In this document: in pieces, positions 46,250-55,759 of the stretch | Position numbering within the stretch: position 1 is the first letter of the stretch | How the letters are laid out: every line of letters starts with the position of its first letter | Assembly (NCBI GenBank): GCA_031581485.1 | Contig: JAVLBA010000002.1 | Span: 4,226-68,225, forward strand | DNA: 64,000 bases | Source: Desulfurivibrionaceae bacterium | GTDB lineage: Bacteria > Desulfobacterota > Desulfobulbia > Desulfobulbales > SURF-16 | Direction: 5' to 3' | The notes under the pieces: generated by a model | Databases searched by the model: none | What the model saw: only the letters and a program-made list of their open reading frames with translations | What the model was told of the DNA's origin: nothing | Program-made: the position numbers and the translations under genes

Positions 46250-48214
46250 ATGGCCAATACTCCCAGTTATGAAGAGCTGCGCAAGCAGAACCAGATCCTT
46301 GTCCAGGAGGCTGCCCAGCAGACCCTGACCAGGAAGGCCCTGGAAGACGATATTGAGCAATATCGTTCGCTGGTGGAAAATGCCCGTGACCTGATTCATA
46401 GTGTCACCCCGGATGGTTCCTTCCTCTATACCAACCAGGCCTGGAAAAATGCCCTGGGATATACCGAAGAGGAGCTCAAGACCCTCAAGCTCATGGATAT
46501 CGTCGACGAAAACTGTCGTGACAAATGCCACTGCATTTTCGATAATCTCCTGAGTGGAGAAAATATTGCCCGCAACGAGACCGTTTTTGTGGCCAAGGAT
46601 GGCCGCAAGGTCATGGTGGAGGGGCAGTGCACCACCAGTTTCCTCAATGGCAAGGCGACCCGGATGACCGGTTTTTTCCGGGACATAGAGGAGCGCAACC
46701 GCAACGAACAGGCCCTGCGGGAAAGCGAGAGCAGATACCGCGACCTCTTTGAAAATGCCCACGACCTCATCCAGATTCTCCAACCGGACGGCAAATTCCT
46801 CTACGTGAACAACTCCTGGCGGCAGACCTTTGGCTATGGCGAAGAGGAAACTGCAGACCTCTCCATCTTTGACCTCATCTCTCCGGACTGCCAGGGCCAC
46901 TGTGAAGATACCTTCGGTAAAATCATCTCCGAAGAAAAGACCCATTACATCACCACGGTTTTCACCGCCAAAAACGGCAGGCAGGTCCTGATTGAGGGCA
47001 ATGCCATCTGTAAATTTGAGGAAGGAAAACCCCTTTACACCCAGTGCATCTTCCGCGATGTCACAGAAAAAAAGGGGATGGAGGAGGAACTGATCAAGGC
47101 CCAGAAGCTGGAATCCGTGGGCGTTTTTGCCGGCGGCATTGCCCACGACTTCAACAATCTCCTCCAGGCCATTATCGGCAATATCTCCCTTGCCAAAATG
47201 TACATCGATCCCCAGAACAAGGCCTATGAACGGCTGGAAAAAACGGAAAAGGCCTCTGTGCTGGCCCAAAACCTTACCCAGCAGCTCCTCACCTTCTCCA
47301 AAGGCGGCGAACCCATCAAGAGCGTCACCGCCCTCAGCGAAATCGTCAAAGAGGCCACCAGCTTCAGCCTCCGGGGCTCCAAAGTCAAATGCCATTATCA
47401 GATGGCAGACAATCTGTGGCCGGTTGAGGCCGACAAGGGCCAGCTCAGCCAGGTTACCCAGAATCTGGCCATTAATGCCAGTCAAGCCATGCCTGACGGG
47501 GGTATCCTGACCATCAGAGCCACCAATATCACCCTTGACGCCGCCACCATATCCACCCTGCCTGACGGCAAGTATATCAAGGTCACCTTCCACGATCAGG
47601 GCAGCGGCATCAGCAAAGAAAATATCACGAAAATATTTGACCCTTATTTTTCCAGTAAAAAGACGGGCAGCGGCCTGGGACTGGCCATCTCCTACTCCAT
47701 CATCAGCAACCATGGCGGCCTGATCACTGCGGAGTCGCAGCCTGGCCAGGGCGCTCTTTTCACCATCTATCTGCCGGCGGCCCAGGGCATAATCCCTGCC
47801 AAAAAAAAGGCAGCCAGCCAATCAACCTTGGAGAAGGGACGCATTCTGATTCTTGATGACGATGAGATTGTTCTGGATGTCTTGCAAGAAATGCTCAACG
47901 CCATGGGCTGTGAAAACGATGAAGCAAAGGAGGGGCAGCAGGCCATTGACCTCTACAAAAAGGCCTTACAGGACGGCAGACCCTATAGCGGGGTTATTAT
48001 GGACCTCACCATACCGGGGGGCATGGGTGGCAAAGAGACGCTGGCCCTGCTTCAACAAATCAATCCCGAGGTCCGGGCCATTGTTTCAAGTGGCTATGCC
48101 AATGATCCCATCATGGCCAACTTCAGGGCGCACGGCTTCTGCGGGGTATTTCCCAAGCCCTACACCATTGAAGATCTGGGCCAGGCCCTCACCGCCATTT
48201 TCAGCCCCACCTGA
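46250..48214 (+). CDS. Hybrid sensor histidine kinase (multiple PAS, HisKA, HATPase, C-terminal receiver)
   Basis: Repeated PAS-like modules, H-box [11 protein letters not shown]-boxes DQGSGI...GSGLGL, and a receiver ILILDDDE...[12 protein letters not shown]...K. Confidence 0.85.
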   Translation: MANTPSYEELRKQNQILVQEAAQQTLTRKALEDDIEQYRSLVENARDLIHSVTPDGSFLYTNQAWKNALGYTEEELKTLKLMDIVDENCRDKCHCIFDNLLSGENIARNETVFVAKDGRKVMVEGQCTTSFLNGKATRMTGFFRDIEERNRNEQALRESESRYRDLFENAHDLIQILQPDGKFLYVNNSWRQTFGYGEEETADLSIFDLISPDCQGHCEDTFGKIISEEKTHYITTVFTAKNGRQVLIEGNAICKFEEGKPLYTQCIFRDVTEKKGMEEELIKAQKLESVGVFAGGIAHDFNNLLQAIIGNISLAKMYIDPQNKAYERLEKTEKASVLAQNLTQQLLTFSKGGEPIKSVTALSEIVKEATSFSLRGSKVKCHYQMADNLWPVEADKGQLSQVTQNLAINASQAMPDGGILTIRATNITLDAATISTLPDGKYIKVTFHDQGSGISKENITKIFDPYFSSKKTGSGLGLAISYSIISNHGGLITAESQPGQGALFTIYLPAAQGIIPAKKKAASQSTLEKGRILILDDDEIVLDVLQEMLNAMGCENDEAKEGQQAIDLYKKALQDGRPYSGVIMDLTIPGGMGGKETLALLQQINPEVRAIVSSGYANDPIMANFRAHGFCGVFPKPYTIEDLGQALTAIFSPT

Positions 48215-48470
48215 GATTCCCCTTCCAAAACCTCTCCTTACAACTGGCCCCAAAAGCTCTTCCCCTTCTTCATCGTTATATTCTTTTACCCCCCTGGCCC
48301 TGCAAAGGGCAGAGGCCCCACCTTCCCCCGCACCGACTGCCCTCAACTGGGGGAAAGCCCTCTTTTTTTTGAGTTGCTGTTCTTCAGCCAAGCATTTAAA
48401 ATAAAATAAATAGGTTATCTTTTTTCAAAAGCCAAACCTTGTGCGGGCCAAAAAAAGAGGAGGAGATCAC

Positions 48471-49934
48471 GTGCCATCACCCATTGCCAGTTTGTGGCCC
48501 ATCACCACTCCGTCTATTTTTATTCTCACCCTTGTAGCGGCCATGCTTCTGCTCTATTTTGGCCGCGCCCCTGCCCACAACAGCATCCGTTCTTTTTGCC
48601 GGGTCATCAGAAACGGCCTGCGCCTGGCCTCTTTTGCCGTTTTGCGGAGCGAAAAACGTCTCCATATCCGCAACCGGGAGGTCCTTTTGGCGGCGGGCAT
48701 ATTCAGGATGGAGGGCGACATAGAAAAGGAGTTTCAGCGGGTGGAGCGGATTGTCCAGCGCGACATCCAGGGCTACCCATCCCTGCACCGTAAACTTTCC
48801 GAAGAAATTATCCGTCTCGACCAGGACTATACAGAAAGCACAGAGGTGCCACCCACGCCGCCGGCCTGGGTCAATGCCGTGGAGTCCGTGGCTGATCTGG
48901 CCCGGCAAAACGACAGCGATCCTCTGATGGGTTCCATTCTCAAGGATGTCCACACCACCATTATCAGGCAGCAGCACACAGCCATGGCGGCATACAGGGA
49001 AAATACGGGCCGGCGCCACAAAATTCTCGGCACCATGAGGCCTTACTGGCGCCGTCTGGCCAGGGTTCTTGAGGAGGTGGGCAGCACTGTCAATAATCTT
49101 GGCGATCGCGCCAGGATTATTGACCAGAAGATGGAGGCCTACGAAGAAATCAGAAGCGGCTCGAACAAGGCAGCAATCATCCTGCAATCCTCATCCTTGA
49201 CTCAGTTTTTCATTGCTGGTTTCTGGGTCTTGGTGGCCATGGGCGCTCTTATCGTCAATTTTCACCTTATCTCCCTGCCCATGGCGGAAATGGTGGGCGG
49301 CAGCGCCCAGATCGGCGGCTATCCAATCAATGAGATTGCCGCCCTGGTCTTGATTCTCATTGCCACCTTTGCCGGCATGGCCCTGCTGGAGGCGTTGCGC
49401 ATCACCAGCTTCTTTCCCAGGATCGGCGGCCTGGACGCCAAAGAGCGCCGGTTTATCGCCATGGTGGCGGTGGGCTTTCTCTTTGGCGTGGCCGGCATCG
49501 AATCCGCCCTGGCCTATATGCGCGATCTGGTTGCCGCCAATAATGAGGCCCTGCGCCTCTCCCTTCTCATGGAGTCGGGCGAGACCATGAACGTTGCCCG
49601 CAGCATCATTCCCACAGCTGCCCAGATGATGCTTGGCTTCATTCTGCCCTTTGCCCTGACCTTTGCCCTCATTCCCCTTGAGGCCCTTGTCCACTCCTCC
49701 CGCACTGTTTTAGGTTATGGGCTTGAGCTTCTCCTGCGCCTGGGAGCGGCCCAGATCCGCCTGGCGGCCAATCTGGTCCATTATTCAGGATCTCTTCTGG
49801 TGGTACTCTACGACCTTATTATCTTCCTGCCCCTCTGGGTGGAAAAACAGCTGAAAGGCCTGGCCCGCCCACAGGAATCATCTCCCAAAGAGAACATAGA
49901 GGAAACCAGGACCAAAGAGGCCAAGGTCCTTTGA
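48471..49934 (+). CDS. Hypothetical polytopic membrane protein (family not recognised)
   Basis: GTG start with an AGGAGGAG RBS 6 nt upstream. It has one N-terminal TM, an alpha-helical soluble region of about 220 aa, then about five TMs. I recognise no motif. Confidence 0.6.
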   Translation: MPSPIASLWPITTPSIFILTLVAAMLLLYFGRAPAHNSIRSFCRVIRNGLRLASFAVLRSEKRLHIRNREVLLAAGIFRMEGDIEKEFQRVERIVQRDIQGYPSLHRKLSEEIIRLDQDYTESTEVPPTPPAWVNAVESVADLARQNDSDPLMGSILKDVHTTIIRQQHTAMAAYRENTGRRHKILGTMRPYWRRLARVLEEVGSTVNNLGDRARIIDQKMEAYEEIRSGSNKAAIILQSSSLTQFFIAGFWVLVAMGALIVNFHLISLPMAEMVGGSAQIGGYPINEIAALVLILIATFAGMALLEALRITSFFPRIGGLDAKERRFIAMVAVGFLFGVAGIESALAYMRDLVAANNEALRLSLLMESGETMNVARSIIPTAAQMMLGFILPFALTFALIPLEALVHSSRTVLGYGLELLLRLGAAQIRLAANLVHYSGSLLVVLYDLIIFLPLWVEKQLKGLARPQESSPKENIEETRTKEAKVL

Positions 49935-49980
49935 AAACCCAGCTCTATCCTGAAGAAAGACCTGACCGGGAAAGAATGGC

Positions 49981-50652
49981 ATGAATAAAAGAAAATCCTC
50001 ATTGGCCCTGGCGGCCCTTGCCTTTTTTGCCCTCCTCATGCTTAGCGGCTGCAGGGAGACCCAGCCCCCCCTTACCCACACCCAGGGCATCTACATGCTG
50101 CTGGACATCTCCGAGATCTCCACTCTTGAACTCAAAAAGGCCCAGGCTATTATCCACTACATCCTCGGCTCCCTGAATCCAGCTGATTCTTTTGCTGTGG
50201 CCCCCTTGGACAGGCAGAGTGTCCGTGAAAAGAAGCGCATCCACCAAATCACCTTTGACAAACGGCCTTCTGTGGCCACCAACCAGAAAAGGGTCTTTGC
50301 CCACAAGGTGGGTTCCTTTATCAAGAAGCCCCCCAAGAACCCCGGCCCAGACATCGCGGGCGGCCTGCTCCTGGCCGTGGAGTGGCTCAGCCAGACAAAG
50401 GCCGGCAAGAAGAAGATCCTTATCTTTTCCGACATGGAGGAGGGAAGCACAGGCCCCCGTGGCGAGTTGCAGCTCCCTCTGAAAGGATTTACGGTCATCG
50501 CCCTTAATGTCACGACGCTCCGCTCCGACAGCACAGATCCGCGCGACTACCTGGACCGCCTGAATGGCTGGCGCCTCAAGGTGGAGAGTGGCGGCGGCAG
50601 CTGGCTCATCATCAATGATCTGGCCCGACTGGAACCCGTCATCGGCCCTTAA
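49981..50652 (+). CDS. Lipoprotein with von Willebrand factor A-like features
   Basis: Lipobox LLMLSGC. A DISEIS (imperfect DxSxS MIDAS), GPDIAGGLLLAVEWL and ILIFSDMEEG occur in VWA-like order. The domain call is tentative. Confidence 0.55.
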   Translation: MNKRKSSLALAALAFFALLMLSGCRETQPPLTHTQGIYMLLDISEISTLELKKAQAIIHYILGSLNPADSFAVAPLDRQSVREKKRIHQITFDKRPSVATNQKRVFAHKVGSFIKKPPKNPGPDIAGGLLLAVEWLSQTKAGKKKILIFSDMEEGSTGPRGELQLPLKGFTVIALNVTTLRSDSTDPRDYLDRLNGWRLKVESGGGSWLIINDLARLEPVIGP

Positions 50653-50660
50653 CAAGGTTC

Positions 50661-50718
50661 CTGCAACGCCATAAAAAAGAGGATCTGCACCGGCTAAGCG
50701 TTGCAGACCCTCTTTTTT
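50661..50718 (+). terminator. Terminator region with two interleaved inverted repeats
   Basis: CTGCAACGC (50661-69) pairs with GCGTTGCAG (50698-706). AAAAAAGAGG (50673-82) pairs with CCTCTTTTTT (50709-18). The region ends in a T-run. Confidence 0.45.
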
Positions 50719-50807
50719 ATGGGTACCATCACCAGATACTTTAAAAGATCTTTCCCAGCCCCTGCCCAGAAACCGGGCCGGGGCTATATATCAGCCTTAT
50801 CCTTCCT

Positions 50808-51569
50808 ATGCCCTTCACCAGCCCCATCGCCCCCACCGGCTGCTCCGGTTATTGCCAGCGCTGCGGGACCCATCATGTTCTGCATCAGGGCAGCAGTAGA
50901 GGGCCCGCCCTGGCCCTGCAGATTGAGCTTGAAAAAAAAGGCCGCATTGATCTGCAGGCTGCCGCTCATCAGGCCAATCCCCTTTGCCGCCTGGATTATC
51001 TCTTTGGCCCGGCCCGGGGCCAGATGTTCGGAGTCATGGAGTTCAGGGCCCCGGACAATAGCCGCGGGGTGGTGCGCGCCTTTTCCGGCCAATATAACGG
51101 CAGGTGGCAGGTAGATGGTTGGGCCCCGCCCCTCTTTGCCGAAGAGGTGTGGCATCAGACCAATCAGGACAAGGAACGGCAGATACGGGAGCTGAGCCGC
51201 GCCATTGCGCAGCTTAAGGCCGACATACCCCACCGCCAGGAACTGATCAAGGCGCGGCGCAGCCTTTCCCAGGATCTGATGAAAGAGCTGCACGCCATCT
51301 ACCGTCTCACTAATTTCCGCGGCGAGACCAGGTCCCTCCCCGAGGTCTTTGCCAGCCAGGGCGGCATTCCCACCGGCACCGGTGACTGCTGCGCCCCCAA
51401 GCTCCTCAACTACGCGGCCCGCCACGCCCTTACCCCCCTCGGCATCAGCGAGTTTTATCTGGGCCGGCCAAACCCCTCCCGGACCAGGCAGCATGGCCAT
51501 TTCTACTCAGCCTGCCCGGGAAAATGCCAACCCATCCTGGGCTTTCTGCTCTGCGGCCTGGAGCAGTGA
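50808..51569 (+). CDS. Cys/His-rich hypothetical protein coupled to the RluA-family gene
   Basis: N-terminal CSGYCQRCGTHH; C-terminal GDCCAPKLL...HGHFYSACPGKCQPILGFLLC. Its stop is separated from the next ATG by 1 nt. The start codon is uncertain because no RBS is visible. Confidence 0.55.
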   Translation: MPFTSPIAPTGCSGYCQRCGTHHVLHQGSSRGPALALQIELEKKGRIDLQAAAHQANPLCRLDYLFGPARGQMFGVMEFRAPDNSRGVVRAFSGQYNGRWQVDGWAPPLFAEEVWHQTNQDKERQIRELSRAIAQLKADIPHRQELIKARRSLSQDLMKELHAIYRLTNFRGETRSLPEVFASQGGIPTGTGDCCAPKLLNYAARHALTPLGISEFYLGRPNPSRTRQHGHFYSACPGKCQPILGFLLCGLEQ

Positions 51570-51570
51570 G

Positions 51571-52218
51571 ATGACTCCCGGCGGCAGCCTCGACATCCTG
51601 CACCGTGATGACCACCTGGTGGTGGTCAACAAGCCCGGGGGCCTGCTGTCCGTGCCCGGTCGCGGCCCTGACAAACAGGAGTGTGTGGTCAATCACCTCA
51701 AAGAGCTGATTCCCGCCTGCATAGCCCAGCCCGCTGTCCACCGCCTGGATATGGCCACCTCCGGCCTTATGGTGCTGGCCCTGACCGCTGCCGTCCACGC
51801 CGCCCTATCCCGGCAATTTGCCCAGCGCCAGGTAACCAAAAAATATATTGCTCTGCTGGCAGGCATCCCGAAGGGGCGAAGCAATGAAAAAATCGAGCTG
51901 GCCTTCCGTCTTGACCCGGACAACCGTCCTCACCAGGTGTATGACCCGGTGCGCGGCAAAACAGGGGTGACCAGATGGCACTTGCTCAGCGCAGAACAGG
52001 GCCTGAGCCGGGTGGAGTTCACCCCCCTCACCGGCCGCACTCACCAGTTACGGCTCCATGCCGCCCATGAACTGGGCCTCCATTGTCCCATTATCGGCGA
52101 CCCCTTGTACGGTAGCGGTCGGGAGGGTGAGCAGCTCATGCTCCATGCCACCTTTCTCGCCTTTTTTCATCCAGCCACCGGAGAGAGGCTCTGCTTCACC
52201 TCCAGGCCGCCCTTTTAA
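51571..52218 (+). CDS. RluA-family pseudouridine synthase
   Basis: DDHLVVVNKPGGLLSVPG and the catalytic HRLDMATSGLMVLA motif; TGRTHQLRLHAA. The longer track ORF N-terminus (51349) overlaps the upstream gene and is rejected. Confidence 0.85.
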   Translation: MTPGGSLDILHRDDHLVVVNKPGGLLSVPGRGPDKQECVVNHLKELIPACIAQPAVHRLDMATSGLMVLALTAAVHAALSRQFAQRQVTKKYIALLAGIPKGRSNEKIELAFRLDPDNRPHQVYDPVRGKTGVTRWHLLSAEQGLSRVEFTPLTGRTHQLRLHAAHELGLHCPIIGDPLYGSGREGEQLMLHATFLAFFHPATGERLCFTSRPPF

Positions 52219-52444
52219 TTTTTTTTTCCTGTCTTCTCTTTTTTCATCATAAAGGAGAGCAGGAAACCCGTGGTTCTTCTTCTCCGCCTTTATGAGCCGT
52301 TCCAGCCTCTCTGCTCTTTTTTTCGCTGATTCCGGCGGGATGGATCTTTTTTATCCATATTTGCTATTCACCTTTACTCCATTACCTGATAAGGTACGGA
52401 AACTAAACTGATATTTACCCTCAGCATTTCCCTAACGCAGGACT

Positions 52445-52810
52445 ATGAAAATACTCATTGTTGACGACAGCAAACTCTCTCGCCTCACCATCCTGAAAAG
52501 AATGCCGGCAGCCATCAAAGAGTCCGCCGACATCTGGCAGGGCGCAAACGGGGTTGAGGCCCTTGCCCTGTACAAAGAACATCAGCCGGACATTGTCTTT
52601 CTCGACCTCACCATGCCGGTGATGGATGGTTTCCAGGCCCTGACCCATATCAGGGCCTTTGACCAGACCTCCAGGGTCCATATCGTCACCGCTGATATCC
52701 AGACCAAATCCCAGGAAAAGGTTATGGATATGGGGGCCGTTGCTGTGGAGGCCAAGCCCATAGACAGCGCCAGACTGGCCGAAATATTCGCCGCCTTACC
52801 CCCGGGATAA
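52445..52810 (+). CDS. CheY-like single-domain response regulator
   Basis: MKILIVDDSKLSR...IVFLDLTMPVMDG...VTAD...KP receiver pattern. Confidence 0.85.
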   Translation: MKILIVDDSKLSRLTILKRMPAAIKESADIWQGANGVEALALYKEHQPDIVFLDLTMPVMDGFQALTHIRAFDQTSRVHIVTADIQTKSQEKVMDMGAVAVEAKPIDSARLAEIFAALPPG

Positions 52811-52813
52811 TTC

Positions 52814-53422
52814 ATGATCCAGGAAGAACTTCAGGAGGTTCTCAGCGAACTGATCAACATCTCCTTTGGCACGGCCACTGCCACCATTGCAGATCTGTTT
52901 GATAATTTTGCCACCCTCCATGTTCCGGACATCAGCTTCATCGCCATGGATGATCTCCACAAATTCATCCTCAACCACTTCAATTGCCAGCAGGTCTATA
53001 CCACCACCCAGCAATTCAAGGGTAGATTCCAGGGTGAAATCGTCTTTGCCATGGATCCGCAAAGCGCCCTGAACATGCAGGGCATTATCTTCAGCGACGA
53101 GGATCTTGGCGGTGCCGCCCTTCTCAGCCAGGATGAAATCAAGCAGAGCATCCTGGAAATTTCCAATATCCTGGGTTCATCCTGCTTGGGCAAACTGGCC
53201 CAGCTTCTGGACACCACTATCACCTTTGCCCCACCGGCCATAGAATTTTCCCAAAACCTGCTCAAGACCCCGGCCCAAATGCCCTACCAGCATGTGATTG
53301 TGATCAGCACGGTGCTCGATTTCAACGCCATGGAAATCCGCGGTAACCTCTTTATCATGTGCACGGATGAGATGTTCAGCTGGCTGGAAACGGCCTTAGA
53401 AGATTACCTGGAAAACCTGTAG
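52814..53422 (+). CDS. CheC/CheX-family (CheY-P phosphatase-like) protein
   Basis: Two pseudo-repeats each carry an ExxN core in a CheC-like context: EVLSELINISFGTATATIADL and KQSILEISNILGSSCLGKLAQL. Confidence 0.7.
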   Translation: MIQEELQEVLSELINISFGTATATIADLFDNFATLHVPDISFIAMDDLHKFILNHFNCQQVYTTTQQFKGRFQGEIVFAMDPQSALNMQGIIFSDEDLGGAALLSQDEIKQSILEISNILGSSCLGKLAQLLDTTITFAPPAIEFSQNLLKTPAQMPYQHVIVISTVLDFNAMEIRGNLFIMCTDEMFSWLETALEDYLENL

Positions 53423-54361
53423 ATGCCTGACCAGAAAGCAATCCTTGACACCATTGAAAACGGTATTCTGGTGGTAACCCCAGATCTGCAGATACGTTTC
53501 TGGAACAGATGGCTGACTCTGCAGACCGGCATCAGCCAAGAGGAGGCCTTGGGCCATTTCCTGCCCACCCTCTTTCCAGGCACGGGCTTCAACCTCCTGA
53601 AACGCAAGGTCAAGATTGCCCTCAAACTCAACTCCTCCACCTTCACCAACTCATCGGTGGAAAAATTCATCATCCCCATCAAGCTCCACAACATCACCAA
53701 ATCCATCTTTCACCATATGCGGCAAGACGTGGTGATCACCCCCCTTGGCGAAGGGGAGGCCAGCATTATCATCTATGACACCTCCGCCTTGCTGGAGGCG
53801 AAGGCTGTTATCCAGAAGCAGCTTCTGGTCATGGAGAAGCAGGCCACCACAGACACCCTCACCGGTTGCTATAATCGCAAGATGTTTAACGATCTACTCA
53901 AGAGTGAGGTGACAAAGGCTGGCCGCTACCACCATATCTTCTCCCTGATCATCATGGATATCGATAATTTCAAGGCAGTCAATGATACCTATGGTCACCT
54001 GGCCGGCGATGAGGTCTTAAAGGAGATGGCCACCATTACCGGCTGCACCGTCCGGGAAAGTGATCTTTTTGCCCGGTGGGGCGGGGAGGAATTCTCTGTT
54101 TTACTGCCAGAGACCACCCTGGAAGGGGCTGCCATCCTGGCGGAGAAAATAAGGCGTACCATTGCAGCCAATGTCTTCTGCAACATAGGCAACCTTACCT
54201 GCAGTCTCGGGGTGGCGCACTACAATAGCGACGAACACCGGGATACCCTGATCAGCAACGCGGACTGGGCCCTCTATCACGCCAAAAACCATGGCAAGAA
54301 CCAGGTAGCCGTCTTTGATCAGGGAGAGATACAAACCTGGCCGGGCGCCAATGAGAGCTGA
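53423..54361 (+). CDS. PAS-GGDEF diguanylate cyclase with intact I-site
   Basis: N-terminal PAS-like region. RESD-LFARW-GGEEF has the same spacing as the canonical RxxD I-site plus the GGEEF active site. The ATG directly abuts the upstream TAG. Confidence 0.85.
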   Translation: MPDQKAILDTIENGILVVTPDLQIRFWNRWLTLQTGISQEEALGHFLPTLFPGTGFNLLKRKVKIALKLNSSTFTNSSVEKFIIPIKLHNITKSIFHHMRQDVVITPLGEGEASIIIYDTSALLEAKAVIQKQLLVMEKQATTDTLTGCYNRKMFNDLLKSEVTKAGRYHHIFSLIIMDIDNFKAVNDTYGHLAGDEVLKEMATITGCTVRESDLFARWGGEEFSVLLPETTLEGAAILAEKIRRTIAANVFCNIGNLTCSLGVAHYNSDEHRDTLISNADWALYHAKNHGKNQVAVFDQGEIQTWPGANES

Positions 54362-54376
54362 TTGGCTGCCCCCCCT

Positions 54377-55759
54377 TTATATCTCCACCCCATACTCCTT
54401 GATCTTGCTGAGCAGCGACGGATAGCTCACCTCAAGCATCTCGGCGGCCCGGGAGCGGTTGCCCTGGCATTGGACCAGGCTTTTGTGGATCAGATTTTTC
54501 TCCCACACCTTTTTGGCCTCCTTCAGGGAATAGCCGTCAAAAGGAAGGGCTCCCCTGCCGGCAGCGCCTCCTTCCTGGAGCAGAGGGAAATTCTCCGCAA
54601 CCAGGGTCTCGCCCTCCGCCAGCACCAGGGCCCGTTCAATGGTATTTTCCAGTTCACGCACATTGCCGGGCCACGGGTATTTCAGCAGCATCTTCATGGC
54701 CCCCTTATCGATCCGCACGGCCACTGAGCCCATCCGGTCCCTGAATTTGGCCATGAAATGGTCGCAGAGCAGAGGGATATCGGCCGGCCGCTGCCGCAAA
54801 GGCGGCAGCGTGATGGGCAGGACATTGAGTCGATAATAGAGATCCTGACGGAAACGGCCCTCCGCCACCTCCCGGCCCAGATCGAGGGCTGTGGCCGCCA
54901 CCACCCTGACATCTACCCGAATGGCCCGGGAAGCGCCCACCGGCCTGATCTCCCCCTCCTGCAGGACCCGGAGAAGCTTGACCTGAAGCAGCAGAGGCAG
55001 GTCCCCTATTTCATCCAAAAAAATAGTGCCCTTGTCCGCCTCTTCAAAAAGCCCCTTTTTGTCACGATCCGCCCCGGTAAAGGCCCCTTTGACATGGCCG
55101 AAGAAAAGGCTCTCCAGCAGATTCTCCGGCACGCAGCCGCAGTTTTCCACCACCAGGGCCCTCTTGGCCCGGGCAGAGGCAAAATGGATGGCCTGGGCCA
55201 CCAGTTCCTTGCCCGTGCCTGACTCGCCGCTGATCAGTACCGTGGTATCAAACCGGGCAACCTTGGCCCCCAGCCGGAAAACATCACGCATGGCCCTGGA
55301 GTGGGCCAGCATGGTGCCGAACCGGTACTCATCCTTGACCTGGCTTATCTGCAGCTTGAGGCTGCGATTCTCCCTCTTCAGATTTTCCCTCTCCTCCGCC
55401 TTTTTCAGGGTCAACAGGACCTCATCACCCTTGAAGGGCTTGGAGATGAAATCATAGGCCCCCAGCTTCATGGCCTCAATGGCAATATCAAGGGTGCCAT
55501 AGGCGGACATCATAATGACAGTGGCCTCCCCGCGTAGCTCATCCGAGGCCTGCAGGAAATCCATGCCGGTCATCCTGGGCATCTTGATATCACAGAGGAT
55601 AAAATCAAATTGCCGGTGCTGCAGAAGATCAAGCCCTTCCTGGCCGTCAGCGCCGGACCTCACCTGATAACCGGCCTTTTCCAGCATCATGGTGAGCATG
55701 TGGCGCATATTGGGCTCATCATCAAGGATGAGGATTTTCTTGCTGCCTTCTACGCTCAT
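54377..55759 (-). CDS. Sigma-54-dependent response regulator (NtrC/AtoC family)
   Basis: Receiver (ILILDDEP...CDIKMP), AAA+ domain with GESGTGKE and GAFTGA, and a C-terminal Fis-type HTH. Confidence 0.9.
   Translation of the reverse strand: MSVEGSKKILILDDEPNMRHMLTMMLEKAGYQVRSGADGQEGLDLLQHRQFDFILCDIKMPRMTGMDFLQASDELRGEATVIMMSAYGTLDIAIEAMKLGAYDFISKPFKGDEVLLTLKKAEERENLKRENRSLKLQISQVKDEYRFGTMLAHSRAMRDVFRLGAKVARFDTTVLISGESGTGKELVAQAIHFASARAKRALVVENCGCVPENLLESLFFGHVKGAFTGADRDKKGLFEEADKGTIFLDEIGDLPLLLQVKLLRVLQEGEIRPVGASRAIRVDVRVVAATALDLGREVAEGRFRQDLYYRLNVLPITLPPLRQRPADIPLLCDHFMAKFRDRMGSVAVRIDKGAMKMLLKYPWPGNVRELENTIERALVLAEGETLVAENFPLLQEGGAAGRGALPFDGYSLKEAKKVWEKNLIHKSLVQCQGNRSRAAEMLEVSYPSLLSKIKEYGVEI

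Noticed and set aside
46196-47821. A 541-aa ORF antisense to the hybrid histidine kinase.
   Set aside because: Same reasoning. The sense strand carries PAS, HisKA, HATPase and receiver motifs, and the antisense product has none.
50661-50718. An H-type pseudoknot formed by the two interleaved repeats.
   Set aside because: The connecting loops (3 nt and 2 nt) are too short to span 9-10-bp stems. Alternative hairpins or a plain terminator are more plausible.
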